Source: an uncultured Gammaproteobacteria bacterium
Lineage (GTDB): Bacteria; Patescibacteriota; Microgenomatia; Levybacterales; UBA12049
Direction of reading: 5' to 3'
Length of the DNA: 64,000 nucleotides
Assembly: GCA_964521295.1 (NCBI GenBank)
Contig: CAZFRF010000001.1
Location: forward strand, 140,675 to 204,674
Below, piece by piece: positions 1-10,287 of this stretch. Both the position numbers and the translations under genes were made by a program. The notes beneath the pieces were generated by a model. That model made no database searches and was not told the DNA's origin. It saw nothing but the letters and a program-made list of their open reading frames with translations. Within the stretch, counting starts at the first letter, position 1, and each line of letters starts with the position of its first letter.

Positions 1-1887
1 CGTTGCCACCTTTAAATTAGTTGCTCCGTGCTGCATTGTTCCATACATTTGACCTGCTCCCCTAAGTTGTAAATCTAGTTCTGCAAGTTTTGCCCCTGAG
101 AAAATTTCTTCCATTGATTTTAGTCGTTTTAGGGTTAAGGGATTTTTACTACTTGTAAAAAGAATGCAGAAACTTTCTTTGACTCCCCTGCCCACTCTAC
201 CTCTTAGCTGATGGAGTTGTGCAAGCCCGAATCTTTCCGCTTCTTCAATTACCATAATTGTTGCATTAGGAATATCAATTCCTACCTCAACCACTGGTGT
301 TGATACTAATATATCCAATTTATGATCTTTGAAATTTTTGAGTATTTCATCTTTTTCTTTGGCTTTTAGTTTTCCATGCAAAAGACCAAGTCGTAATTTT
401 GGAAATACTTCTTTTTTTAATCTTTCAAATTCTTTTGCTGCCGCCTTTACGGTTATCATACTTTCTGATTCTTCTATAAAAGGACAAACAATAAAAACTT
501 GATCTTTATTTTTGACAACTTTTTCCTCAATCCATTTATATGCACCGTTTCTTTTGCTTGGTGGAACAAGCCAGGTTTTAATTTGCTGTCTTCCCTTTGG
601 CATTTCATCTAAGATTGATAAGTCTAAATCTCCATAAAGGGTAAGGGCAACAGTTCTAGGAATTGGGGTAGCAGTCATGGTGAGTAAATGTGGGTTGTCG
701 CCTTTTTCTCTAAGTAGAGATCTTTGTTCAACTCCAAATCTTTGCTGTTCATCGATAACAATAAAGCCTAAATTATTAAATTTAACTTTGTTATAAACAA
801 GTTTATGAGTACCAACTAAAATATCAAAATCTGGATTAATTTTTTTAGTAGATCCAGTTGCTAGTTCTATTTTTATTTTTAAACTATCTAATATTTTTTG
901 TAATGTTTGATAATGTTGATTAGCCAAAATTTCTGTAGGTGCCATAAAAGCAACTTGATAGTCATTTAATACTGCTGCATATGCTGCTACTGCAGCGACA
1001 ATAGTTTTACCGCTTCCAACATCTCCTTCTAAAAGCCGGTTCATTGCTTTGTTGCTTTGTAAATCCATTAAGATTTCAGTTATAGCATTATTTTGTGCGC
1101 TGGTTAAATCAAAGGGTAAAGATTTAATTAATTTATCTATTTTTGATTTATACGTCTCTATTGCCCAAGGTTTTTTGATTAATTTTTTGCTCCAAGTATT
1201 TTTTCTAACGACTGAAGAAAGTTGCATTTCCAAGAGTTCATTAAAAGCAAGTCTTTCTTTTGCTTTTTGAGCATTTTCTAAAGAATTTGGAAAATGAATT
1301 TCAGAAATTGCTGATTTTAAATTTAATAAATTATTTTTACTCAATATGTTTTCTGGTAAATATTCTTCAATGTTTTCAAGTTCTGAAATTAATTTATAAA
1401 CTTGACGTCGTAGCCATTTTGAAGATACTCCCCGGGTTTCAGGATAGATAGGTACAAGCCTACCGGTATGAATAGTTTTATTGTTAAAAATTACTTCATA
1501 GTCAGGAGATTTAATAATTGTTTTGTAGCCATCGTTTTCAACCTTTCCTGATACTGAAAGAATGTCGCCTTTGTTTATTGCCTTAGGGATAAAAGGTTGA
1601 TTGAACCATAATAAATCTAAGATACCGGTGTCATCTTTAATTTTGGCTTTTTGCAGAGTTTTCCATTTTTTAATATATTTATTTTCAATTTCAGCTATTT
1701 CTCCTTGAACCGTAGCTATTTCTCCTGGTTTAAGATCAGCAATCTTATAAATATGGGAAAAATCTTCATATCTAAATGGAATGTGAAACAAAAGATCTTC
1801 AAGTTTAAATATACCAAGTTTCTCTAGTCTAGAAGCGTACATTTTGTACGATCGAGACACGTCTCTAATCGATGTGTTTAAATCCAT
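1..1887 (-). CDS. recG: ATP-dependent DNA helicase RecG, 3' end outside window
   Basis: Manual translation from ATG 1887 (MDLNTSIRDV...) gives MNRLLEGDVGSGKT, DEQQRFG, TATPIPRT and QLHQLRGRVGR motifs; frame open to window edge. Confidence 0.95.
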   Translation of the reverse strand, partial: MDLNTSIRDVSRSYKMYASRLEKLGIFKLEDLLFHIPFRYEDFSHIYKIADLKPGEIATVQGEIAEIENKYIKKWKTLQKAKIKDDTGILDLLWFNQPFIPKAINKGDILSVSGKVENDGYKTIIKSPDYEVIFNNKTIHTGRLVPIYPETRGVSSKWLRRQVYKLISELENIEEYLPENILSKNNLLNLKSAISEIHFPNSLENAQKAKERLAFNELLEMQLSSVVRKNTWSKKLIKKPWAIETYKSKIDKLIKSLPFDLTSAQNNAITEILMDLQSNKAMNRLLEGDVGSGKTIVAAVAAYAAVLNDYQVAFMAPTEILANQHYQTLQKILDSLKIKIELATGSTKKINPDFDILVGTHKLVYNKVKFNNLGFIVIDEQQRFGVEQRSLLREKGDNPHLLTMTATPIPRTVALTLYGDLDLSILDEMPKGRQQIKTWLVPPSKRNGAYKWIEEKVVKNKDQVFIVCPFIEESESMITVKAAAKEFERLKKEVFPKLRLGLLHGKLKAKEKDEILKNFKDHKLDILVSTPVVEVGIDIPNATIMVIEEAERFGLAQLHQLRGRVGRGVKESFCILFTSSKNPLTLKRLKSMEEIFSGAKLAELDLQLRGAGQMYGTMQHGATNLKVAT

Positions 1888-1891
1888 ATTG

Positions 1892-1999
1892 TTATTGTGG
1901 TGGCGGAATGAAGGCTAACACAGAACTAGCTATTAATGCAAGTGAAGCAATTATAACGATTATTTTCCAGATCCATTGATGTTTTCTAAACAAATCCAT
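1892..1999 (-). CDS. 35-aa single-pass membrane peptide between tyrS and recG
   Basis: MDLFRKHQWIWKIIVIIASLALIASSVLAFIPPPQ; fills the gap with 3-4 nt spacing to both neighbours; below ORF-track cutoff. Confidence 0.6.
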   Translation of the reverse strand: MDLFRKHQWIWKIIVIIASLALIASSVLAFIPPPQ

Positions 2000-2002
2000 A
2001 AT

Positions 2003-3178
2003 TTATTCTAACACAATTTTTGCAAATTTCCTTTTACCAACTTTTAGAAGTCCTGGCTTTGCAATATCATTTGTATTGGTAATTTTTATATCATTAAGAC
2101 TTACTCCACCCTGTTCTACCAGTCTTTTGGCATCAGACCTGCTTTGCGCAAACTCACCAATTAAAAGAATATCTAAGATTGTATGATTAGCTTTTACTGA
2201 TAATTCCAGAAGCTCTTCTTCAACTGGTAATTCTTTATTTTGAATTGTTTTTTCAAAATCTTCTTTTGCTTTCAAAGCCTCTTTTTCGCCATTTAACTCT
2301 TTAACGATTTGAAACGCTAATTCTTTTTTTATATTAATTGGATTTTCTTTTTTTAAACGTTTTTTAATTTCTTCAATTTTATCTAACTCTAGATTTGTAG
2401 CTAGGGTAAAATATTGAATGATTAGATTATCTGTTATTGCCATAACTTTTCTATACATATCAATTGAGGTGTCATCAAGCCAAATCGCATTCCCCCAAGA
2501 TTTGCTCATTTTTCTTCCATCTGTTCCTTCTAGAATGGTTGTAGTTAATACGAATGAGTCTTTATTTTTTAAATCTTTAGTGAGCATTCTGCCGGCTTGC
2601 ATATTAAACGTTTGGTCTGTTCCACCAATTTGCAAATCAGTATCCAAAAAGAAGCTGTCATAGCCTTGCATAACAGGATAAAAGAATTCATGTAAACCTA
2701 CTCGTTTATTGTCTTTAAGTCTTTTTCGAATCAACTCTCTGCCAACAAAGTCGCCAACGTTAAAATGTTGCGCAAGTTTAATGATGTCTGCAAAAGTTAA
2801 TTTTTTAAGCCACTCACTGTTGTATCTTACTTTTACTTTTGAGAAATCAACAACTTTTTCTGCTTGTTTTTTGTAGGTTTTAAAATTTTCTTCAATTTCT
2901 TCAATTGACAAAGCTGGTCTTTCCGTATCTTTGTCTGATGTATCGCCAATTAGGGCCGTAAAGTCACCAATTAAAAAAGTAACGTTATGACCCAAAGTGG
3001 CAAATTCATTTAATTTTCTTAAAACTACGCTGTGACCCAAGTGAATCTTAGTTGAAGTTGGATCAATGCCTAAATATACATTAAGTTTTTTATTGTTTTG
3101 AAGTTTACCTAATAATATTTTTTGATTAGGAATTATATTAGCAACGCGTCTGGTCAATAACTCATCAAACTTGCTCAT
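2003..3178 (-). CDS. tyrS: Tyrosine--tRNA ligase
   Basis: YLGIDPT, HLGH, QIGGTDQ, KMSKS motifs; C-terminal S4 domain. Confidence 0.97.
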   Translation of the reverse strand: MSKFDELLTRRVANIIPNQKILLGKLQNNKKLNVYLGIDPTSTKIHLGHSVVLRKLNEFATLGHNVTFLIGDFTALIGDTSDKDTERPALSIEEIEENFKTYKKQAEKVVDFSKVKVRYNSEWLKKLTFADIIKLAQHFNVGDFVGRELIRKRLKDNKRVGLHEFFYPVMQGYDSFFLDTDLQIGGTDQTFNMQAGRMLTKDLKNKDSFVLTTTILEGTDGRKMSKSWGNAIWLDDTSIDMYRKVMAITDNLIIQYFTLATNLELDKIEEIKKRLKKENPINIKKELAFQIVKELNGEKEALKAKEDFEKTIQNKELPVEEELLELSVKANHTILDILLIGEFAQSRSDAKRLVEQGGVSLNDIKITNTNDIAKPGLLKVGKRKFAKIVLE

Positions 3179-3235
3179 AGCCTCAGTATAGCATATTTTT
3201 AACTTGAGCTTAAATTTGCTATACTAGATGATATT

Positions 3236-5668
3236 ATGCTTGATTACGCAAGAAGATCAAGAAGACGAAGTAGTTATTTTACCCTGTCACTTCCAAATAT
3301 TCCTGGATTAAATAAGGGATTTAAAAGTTTAAATAATACACCTAAAATTGAAATTTACAGTAGGCTTTTAAAGTTTGCATTTATCGGTTTAATTGGGTTA
3401 ATTGTTTTTATGGTCTTTCTCTTTATTTGGTATGGAAGAGATTTGCCTGCTCCTGGAAAATTAGTCGAAGCGCAAGCAAATGGATCAAGTGGTATTTATG
3501 ATCGAAATGGTGAGCTTCTCTACTCTGTTTACCAAGATCAGAATAGAATTTACGTAAAACTAGATAAAATTCCTAAATATCTCCAGCAAGGTACGATTGC
3601 CATTGAAGACAAGAATTTCTACGCCAACAAAGGCTTTTCTTTTACAGGTTATATTAGAGGACTTATTATTGATCCAATTTTGCGAAGAAGAGTAACAGGG
3701 GGCTCTACAATAACCCAGCAGTTAGTTAAAAATGTCTTACTTACCAGTGAAAGAACATTGCCTCGTAAGGTAAAAGAGCTTATGCTCTCTATTCAGGTTG
3801 ATAGAAAATATTCAAAAAATGAAATCTTAGAAATGTACTTAAATGATGTTCCTTATGGTGGGACAGCTATTGGTGTTCAAGCTGCAGCGCAAGTATACTT
3901 TAGTAAAGATGTTAAAGACTTAACTTTAGGTGAATCAGCTTTTCTAGCTGGTCTTCCTCAGGGGCCAAGTCTTTACTCGCCTTTTTCTGGGAATAAATAC
4001 TACTTAGCTAGAACTCAGGCTGTTTTAAATCAAATGGTAAATCAGGGTTACGTAAACAGAGCTCAAGCAGACAAAGCATATAAAGAGATTGAAGCTAAAA
4101 AATTTGCCCAAACCCCTGTAGGTATTAAGGCTCCTCATTTTGTTATGTACGTCAAGCAACTTTTAATTAATCAGTTTGGTGAATCGGCAGTTGAGAGTGG
4201 AGGCTTAAGAGTTAAGACTACTTTGGATTATAAGATAGAAAAAGAGGCCGAGAAAATTGTTAATGAAGAAATAGGCAAACTAAAAAATTATAAAGTTGGA
4301 AATGGTGCCGCCATGGTTACGAGTCCCAAGACGGGTGAAATATTAGCAATGGTTGGAAGTGAAGATTATTTTAATATTAAAAACGATGGTAATTTCAATG
4401 CAGCGACAGCATATAGACAACCTGGATCCTCCCTTAAGCCTTTAACTTATGCAGTTGCCTTCTCTAAGGGCTATACACCTTCGACTCTTTTATTAGATAC
4501 TGAAACAAATTTTAAAGCAACTGATACTGAGAAAGATTATATTCCTGGAAATTACGATGGAAAGTTTAGAGGACCAGTTCAGGTAAGATTTGCGCTTGCT
4601 AATTCTTTGAATATACCAGCAGTAAAAATGTTGGCAATGGTAGGTGTAAAAAATGTAATGCAAAAAGGCTATGAAATGGGAATTGAAAATTGGCAGCCAA
4701 CTGATGATAACTTAAGGAATGTTGGTTATTCTCTTGTTTTAGGGGGAAGAGACGTTCGCTTAGTTGATCAAATGGAGGCATATGGAGTTTTTGCCAATGG
4801 TGGAGAAAAGCAACCGTTAGTATCAATTCTTGAAGTTCGTGACGCCAAAGGTAATGTAATATACAAATATAATCCTCCCTCTTCTCAGAGAATTTTTTCT
4901 CAAGAAATTAGTTTTCTAATTTCTCACATTTTACTTGACAATACAGCCAGAAGCGCAACTTTCGGGCAATATTCATATTTAAATGTTCCCAATCATCCAA
5001 GTGTTTCAGTAAAAACAGGTACTACAGATCAAAAAAGAGATAATTGGACAGTTGGATATACAAAATCATTTGTTGTTGGAACATGGGTTGGAAATAACAA
5101 CAATACACCGATGGGAAACATCTCCTCAGGTGTAACTGGAGCTGCTCCGATTTGGAATAGGATTATGAGTTTTGTTTTAAAAGGAAAATCCGATGAGCCT
5201 CCACAAAAACCAGATAACGTAGTAGCTTTAACTATTGATGCGTACGGCGGTGGATTACCAGTAGACGGAAGGCCAACTAGGAGTGAGTATTTTATAAAAG
5301 GGACTGAGCCAACTACTCCAGCAGCGATTTATCAAAAAGTAAAATTATCTAAGCATCAAGGAGGAAAATTAGCAAATTCTGCAGAGATCTCGGCAGGTGA
5401 TTATGATACTAAAGATTTTATAGTGTTTGCTGAAAAAGACCCAATTTCAGTTGATGGAAAAAATAGATGGCAAGATGGAATCACTGCTTGGTTAAAGAAA
5501 ACATTTGCAGCAGATCATCCTGAGTATTATCCCCCAACAGAAACTTCTGATTATAAACCAGGAGAAAATAATTCAAATAATAACAACAATAATCCTACTT
5601 CGACCCCTTCACCTACTCCAACGGGGATTATTCCAACAGTTTCTTTAACCTTAACTCCTACTCCTTAA
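3236..5668 (+). CDS. Class A (bifunctional) penicillin-binding protein, PBP1A-like
   Basis: N-terminal TM; transglycosylase EDKNF, GGSTITQQLVKN, RKVKE; transpeptidase SSLK, SLN, KTGT. Confidence 0.93.
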   Translation: MLDYARRSRRRSSYFTLSLPNIPGLNKGFKSLNNTPKIEIYSRLLKFAFIGLIGLIVFMVFLFIWYGRDLPAPGKLVEAQANGSSGIYDRNGELLYSVYQDQNRIYVKLDKIPKYLQQGTIAIEDKNFYANKGFSFTGYIRGLIIDPILRRRVTGGSTITQQLVKNVLLTSERTLPRKVKELMLSIQVDRKYSKNEILEMYLNDVPYGGTAIGVQAAAQVYFSKDVKDLTLGESAFLAGLPQGPSLYSPFSGNKYYLARTQAVLNQMVNQGYVNRAQADKAYKEIEAKKFAQTPVGIKAPHFVMYVKQLLINQFGESAVESGGLRVKTTLDYKIEKEAEKIVNEEIGKLKNYKVGNGAAMVTSPKTGEILAMVGSEDYFNIKNDGNFNAATAYRQPGSSLKPLTYAVAFSKGYTPSTLLLDTETNFKATDTEKDYIPGNYDGKFRGPVQVRFALANSLNIPAVKMLAMVGVKNVMQKGYEMGIENWQPTDDNLRNVGYSLVLGGRDVRLVDQMEAYGVFANGGEKQPLVSILEVRDAKGNVIYKYNPPSSQRIFSQEISFLISHILLDNTARSATFGQYSYLNVPNHPSVSVKTGTTDQKRDNWTVGYTKSFVVGTWVGNNNNTPMGNISSGVTGAAPIWNRIMSFVLKGKSDEPPQKPDNVVALTIDAYGGGLPVDGRPTRSEYFIKGTEPTTPAAIYQKVKLSKHQGGKLANSAEISAGDYDTKDFIVFAEKDPISVDGKNRWQDGITAWLKKTFAADHPEYYPPTETSDYKPGENNSNNNNNNPTSTPSPTPTGIIPTVSLTLTPTP

Positions 5669-7598
5669 TTTGAGCTTCAAATTTCTCTTTAAGCATTTCT
5701 AGAATTTTAACTCTTATTGCTCCAACCTCTTCTTTGGTTAAGTTTTTTTCAAAATCTTGGAAAATAATATGGAAAGTCCTACTGTTTTCGAAAGAATCAA
5801 GAAGAGTTACATCAACTATCAATTTGTTAATATTTTTTATCTCATTAATTATCTCCTGAGTCTCACCAGAAGTTATAACAGAGATGTCTTGGGTCATTGG
5901 TGGAAACTTTGCAAAAGGAATAAAATTCTTTTTTAGATTTGCATGTTGTAAAATAATTTCTAAATTTAATTCAAAATCTACTAGATTTTCATCTAAGACT
6001 TCTATTTCTCCTAGATATTCTTTATCTAAATAAATAGATGCTCCCGTTCCTCCCTTTTGTGATTTTTTAAAGACTAAATTTTTAATTCCCAAATCTTCGC
6101 ATACGCTTTCAATAAGACCTTTAACACTAAAAAAATTTAAATTTCGTTCTTTAATTATTCCAGAAAGAGTTAAAATTTCCTTAGGTAAATCATTTTTTTG
6201 TTTAATATAAATATTCGCAACTTCAAAAATTTTAAGTTTTTCTTTAGAACTATTTTCCTTTTCAACCAAAAGTAAACTTGGGATTAAAGTATTGCGTAGA
6301 TATTCCATATCCGTAGTAAGAGGATTTTTTATTCTTACTGCATCCTCAATTGGGCCTTCGAATAAGTCTTCAGAAATAAAAGAATATGTATATACTTCTG
6401 TAAAGCCTAAATATTTAAAGGCTGTTTTTATTTTTTGTTCAAAGTAAAAATTATTTGCAAATAGTAATTTTTTCGAACTTAGAAATGTTGGAATAATGCT
6501 GTCAATTTTGTGATATCCATAAATTCTAGCAATTTCTTCAATAATATCTTCTTCAATTTTTACATCTGGTCTCTCTGTAGGCGTTTCTATTTCAAGAGAG
6601 TCTTTTAATTTTTTAACATTAAAACCTAAGTCAGTTAAAATGCTTGCGCATTTTTCTAATGAAAGTTCTGCGCCAATTAAAGAGTTAATTTTTTTAAGAG
6701 AAACTGTAATTTTATTTTTGATGGGTTTATTTGGGTAATAATCAAAAATTTCAGAAATAACTTTGCCTTTAGCAATTTGTTGGTATAAATCAATTCCTCT
6801 TTCTAACGCCTTAGTCATTAATTCTGGATCTAATCCCTTTTCATTAATAATCGCTGCTTCAGTTCTAATCCCTAAATTCATTGAGGTTTTTCGAATGTTT
6901 AATGGATTGTTGTTGTCCATAAAAAACAATATTCTTTTTGTATTATTATTTACAACACTATTTTGTGTTCCCATTATTCCCAGTAAATCTATTATTGTTC
7001 CATTGCCATCTTCTGCAACTATGTCTCCCCCATTTAAGGAGTATGTTTTTCCATCAAGAGTCGTTATTTTTTCTTCTTTTTTACTTTCTCTAATAATCAT
7101 TTCTTTTGGCAAGAGATCAAAATCGAATACATGAGTTGGATGACCTGTTTCTCGCATAACATAATTTGTAACATCGATTAAATTGTTTAAACTTCTTATG
7201 CCTGATAATTCTAATCGTTTACTAATTTCTGCAGGGCTATCTCCAGTTTCTACTTCCATAACCACTGCACAAATTCTATTAACAAGTTTTGGATCTGCTT
7301 TTATTTTTATTGGGAATTTTTCAGAGGATTTTGTAAAAGATGCATTTCTAGGGTTTTTAAAAATCGCTTTTTTACCATTTTCATTTAAAGAAAGGGCTGC
7401 TTCCTTAGCAATATTTTTAACTGACATTAAATCTGATCTATTGGTGGTTACTTCAATGTTGTAAACAATGTCATCATTTATTTTTTCAGTTCTTTCGACA
7501 GATACACTAACTAAAGAAAGATCTTTAGCAATTGTATTTGCATTTTCTTTTGTTTCTAAAAATTCTCTAAGCCACGAATCAACTATTTTTATATTCAT
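5658..7598 (-). CDS. pheT: Phenylalanine--tRNA ligase beta subunit (B2 domain absent)
   Basis: TNRSDL near residue 52, NNLIDVTNYV, RPDVKIEEDIIEEIARIYGY; downstream of pheS. Confidence 0.95.
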   Translation of the reverse strand: MNIKIVDSWLREFLETKENANTIAKDLSLVSVSVERTEKINDDIVYNIEVTTNRSDLMSVKNIAKEAALSLNENGKKAIFKNPRNASFTKSSEKFPIKIKADPKLVNRICAVVMEVETGDSPAEISKRLELSGIRSLNNLIDVTNYVMRETGHPTHVFDFDLLPKEMIIRESKKEEKITTLDGKTYSLNGGDIVAEDGNGTIIDLLGIMGTQNSVVNNNTKRILFFMDNNNPLNIRKTSMNLGIRTEAAIINEKGLDPELMTKALERGIDLYQQIAKGKVISEIFDYYPNKPIKNKITVSLKKINSLIGAELSLEKCASILTDLGFNVKKLKDSLEIETPTERPDVKIEEDIIEEIARIYGYHKIDSIIPTFLSSKKLLFANNFYFEQKIKTAFKYLGFTEVYTYSFISEDLFEGPIEDAVRIKNPLTTDMEYLRNTLIPSLLLVEKENSSKEKLKIFEVANIYIKQKNDLPKEILTLSGIIKERNLNFFSVKGLIESVCEDLGIKNLVFKKSQKGGTGASIYLDKEYLGEIEVLDENLVDFELNLEIILQHANLKKNFIPFAKFPPMTQDISVITSGETQEIINEIKNINKLIVDVTLLDSFENSRTFHIIFQDFEKNLTKEEVGAIRVKILEMLKEKFEAQIKE

Positions 7599-7599
7599 A

Positions 7600-8634
7600 T
7601 TAAAATTGTTCTAAGAAATCCATTTTATTTGCATAGAGTGAGCGTAAGTCGTCGATTTCAATTCCTTCCTTCATCATTAATACCCTCTCTACTCCCCAAC
7701 CGAAAGCAAAGCCATTATACGTTTTTGGATCAACTCCGCAATTTTTTAATACATTAGGGTGAACCATTCCCGCTCCTCCCATTTCAAGCCAACCTTCTTT
7801 GCAAAGCTTGCAGCCTTTGCCTTTACAAACACCACAGCTAACATCAATTTCAAATGATGGTTCTGTAAATTCAAAATGATAAGGTCTAATTCTGGAAACA
7901 CGATCTTCTCCGAAGTAACTTTTAACAAAATAATCTAAAACACCTTTTAAGTTAGCAATGGACAAGTCTTTATCTATAGCCAGTCCTTCAAATTGATGAA
8001 ACATTGGGGTATGCGAAACATCAGATTGTCTTCTGTAGCATTTTGCTATGTTTAACATTTTTATGGGCGGCTTGGTTGTTGTCAGTTCTCTTATTTGACC
8101 GCTAGATGTATGGGGTGTTAAAAGCATAGGTCCGAATTTTGAGCTCTCTTTTTCATCAATAAAGAATGTTTCCCAATCGTCTCTAGCTGGATGATTTTTA
8201 GAAAAGTTTAATGCCTCAAAAGCATACCAATCATATTCTACTTCAGGATACCTAACTCTGATAAAACCAATTTTTTCAAAGATTGATTCTATCTCTGTAA
8301 TCGCTTGAGTAACTAAATGCAAGTGTCCAATATTTGGTTTAACTCCTGGATTTGTTACGTCAATTTTTTCAATTAAACTTGTCTTTCTTTGATGGTTTAA
8401 ACTTTGTTTCTTGTCTTCAATAGCGTCTTCAATAGTTTGTTTTACATCGTTTGCAAGCACACCAATAGCAGGTCTTTTTTCAACCGGTACGTTTTTAATT
8501 TCTTTTAAGGCAAGAGTTAGCTTGCCACTTTTACCTAAAAATTGAAGTTTTGTTTCTTCTAAATTATCTAAATCTTCAGCCTCTAAAATAAAAGCAAGAG
8601 CTGTATTTTTAATTCCAATAAGTTCTTCTTCCAT
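7600..8634 (-). CDS. pheS: Phenylalanine--tRNA ligase alpha subunit
   Basis: HPARD, HTS, FHQFEG, FEFTEPS, GFAFGWGVER; start moved to ATG 8634 (TATGAT -10 box 7 nt upstream). Confidence 0.97.
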   Translation of the reverse strand: MEEELIGIKNTALAFILEAEDLDNLEETKLQFLGKSGKLTLALKEIKNVPVEKRPAIGVLANDVKQTIEDAIEDKKQSLNHQRKTSLIEKIDVTNPGVKPNIGHLHLVTQAITEIESIFEKIGFIRVRYPEVEYDWYAFEALNFSKNHPARDDWETFFIDEKESSKFGPMLLTPHTSSGQIRELTTTKPPIKMLNIAKCYRRQSDVSHTPMFHQFEGLAIDKDLSIANLKGVLDYFVKSYFGEDRVSRIRPYHFEFTEPSFEIDVSCGVCKGKGCKLCKEGWLEMGGAGMVHPNVLKNCGVDPKTYNGFAFGWGVERVLMMKEGIEIDDLRSLYANKMDFLEQF

Positions 8635-8676
8635 ATTTACAATCATAGCAAAAACTAAAGCAAAATGCTGTTTAGT

Positions 8677-8895
8677 TTATCCTTTTGATTCTTGTCTTTG
8701 TTGTGCTTGGTGCATTACTTGTAGTGCATCAATTGCGCCTGGTGTGTTTGCTGCAAGATGAGCAAGTCTCATTACTGCTTGAGCTGCAGCTTCTGGATTA
8801 GCTCCAGCCTTAGCCATTGCTGCTTCATTATGCGCAACTCCAACAACGTGGGTTACATCAACTATTGGTTTTCTTTCAATTCCTTTTCTTGTCAT
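8677..8895 (-). CDS. Hypothetical 72-aa Ala-rich protein
   Basis: Strong SD AAGGAGGTGA before ATG 8895 (MTRKGIERKP...). Confidence 0.75.
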   Translation of the reverse strand: MTRKGIERKPIVDVTHVVGVAHNEAAMAKAGANPEAAAQAVMRLAHLAANTPGAIDALQVMHQAQQRQESKG

Positions 8896-8916
8896 ATTAA
8901 TCACCTCCTTTACAAT

Positions 8917-8976
8917 AAAAAAACCTCCCGGTTGGGAGGTCAAATGCTTTTTGGCACTTATTTACCTCCCGTTAGG
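8917..8976 (-). promoter_or_regulatory. Attenuator A (antiterminator/terminator)
   Basis: Transcript: CCC-TAAC-GGGAGGT...ACCTCCC-AACC-GGGAGG-T7; upstream GGGAGGT competes for the terminator 5' arm. Confidence 0.8.
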
Positions 8977-9015
8977 GATAGTAAAGTAAAAACCAAAAAA
9001 GTTTCTTAAATTCAT
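8962..9015 (-). CDS. Leader peptide MNLRNFFGFYFTIPNGR (Phe-rich)
   Basis: ATG 6 nt after TATATT -10 box; stop overlaps antiterminator arm; 4 Phe codons. Confidence 0.7.
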   Translation of the reverse strand: MNLRNFFGFYFTIPNGR

Positions 9016-9042
9016 ATAGACAATATAACAGATAGCCTGTTC

Positions 9043-9495
9043 TTATTCAATAGAAACTATTAAATATTCAACAATTCCTGTTGGTGTTTTAATTTGTGCT
9101 TTTTCTCCAATTTTTTTTCCAAGTAATGCATAGCCAAACGGAGATTTGTTAGAAATTTTCCCAAGTGACGGATTTGCTTCAAACTCGCCTACTATTAAAT
9201 ATTCTTTTTCAAGCTTTTCATTTTTAATTTTAACTTTATGTCCAATTTGAATAATTTCTTTTCCCTCAGGGGTAAAGACCTTAGCAGATTTTAATAAATA
9301 TTTTAGATTGCGCATTTCTCTATCGATATCAGAAAGCTCAAATTTAGCGGCTTTATACAAACCGTTTTCAGATAAATCTCCCATTTCTCTGGCTCTTTTT
9401 AATGTGGCGACAGCTTCAGGTCTTTTGACAACTAAAGCTTGAAGTTTATCTTCAATTTCTTTGATTCCTTGTTTTGTAAAGGGAATTATTCTCAT
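9043..9495 (-). CDS. greA: Transcription elongation factor GreA
   Basis: AREMGDLSENGLY and ISNKSPFGYALLGKK motifs. Confidence 0.92.
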   Translation of the reverse strand: MRIIPFTKQGIKEIEDKLQALVVKRPEAVATLKRAREMGDLSENGLYKAAKFELSDIDREMRNLKYLLKSAKVFTPEGKEIIQIGHKVKIKNEKLEKEYLIVGEFEANPSLGKISNKSPFGYALLGKKIGEKAQIKTPTGIVEYLIVSIE

Positions 9496-9498
9496 TTA

Positions 9499-10266
9499 TT
9501 AAAAACCACTTGCGGCTGTTGCTCTTCCTTCAAGTTCTGCAATTCCAGTAAGTAAGGAAATTTGTTGAACAGAGTTAACAACATTATGTGAGACAGCGAA
9601 AAATTCTTGACCCGGTTTAATAAAGGGCGCATCAATACTTGGACTACCAAGTAAGCCAATATTTAGGTGTAAAGCTTCTTCAGTGTCAACCTGAATATCT
9701 CTTGGTTGCAGTCCGAACGGAGCCATAGTTGTATAGGCTCTTTGCATTCTAGATTGGATGCCTTCGTTAAGTTCTGCACCAGCGTTTTGAGCAATAAAAG
9801 TAGCAAATGCAGGAGTTCCATCCATTGAGATTGCCCAATTGTCGCCTGGTTTTTGACCAAGGTTTAAATGAAGACGTGTTAATTGAGGAATATCTGTTTG
9901 CGGATCTGCATCTAAGAACGTAGAAAAATCAGTTAGAAGTAATCTTAGAGTTGCAACTCCATTAGTAATATTATCCCAATCTACTCCAAGATGAGTTGGT
10001 TTGGGTAGATCAAATTTATATGTGATCCAATCAGGATGAGCTCCTTCATGAGTTTCTAAAACTCCGCCATAACCCCAGCCGTGTTCTGCGCTTGGTTGTA
10101 CAAATTGTCCAGGAACACTAGAGAATCCTCTTCTTATTTGGACAGTGTCTTTATCAAATGTATTTCTATCTGGAGCAATTGATTTGGGAATATGAATTTG
10201 CAGAGCTTCACCAGTTGTAGCTAATCTATAGACTGCCTTCGGGTTTTCTTGTAGATTTCTAGCCAT
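9499..10266 (-). CDS. Hypothetical protein
   Basis: 255-aa ORF, TATAAT 7 nt before ATG; no motif recognised. Confidence 0.75.
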   Translation of the reverse strand: MARNLQENPKAVYRLATTGEALQIHIPKSIAPDRNTFDKDTVQIRRGFSSVPGQFVQPSAEHGWGYGGVLETHEGAHPDWITYKFDLPKPTHLGVDWDNITNGVATLRLLLTDFSTFLDADPQTDIPQLTRLHLNLGQKPGDNWAISMDGTPAFATFIAQNAGAELNEGIQSRMQRAYTTMAPFGLQPRDIQVDTEEALHLNIGLLGSPSIDAPFIKPGQEFFAVSHNVVNSVQQISLLTGIAELEGRATAASGF

Positions 10267-10287
10267 TCTGGAGATTATATCAAATTA

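Noticed and set aside
1049-1451. Two + strand ORFs (73 and 63 aa)
   Set aside because: Antisense shadows of recG; the same applies to the other short ORFs nested within tyrS, pheT, tig, typA, dinB and similar genes.
5565-5668. Asn-rich and Thr-Pro repeats at the PBP C-terminus
   Set aside because: Ordinary low-complexity protein tail, not a DNA repeat element.
8917-9015. T-box riboswitch upstream of pheS
   Set aside because: No GGTGGNACCGCG T-box sequence or stem I is visible; a uORF attenuator fits better.
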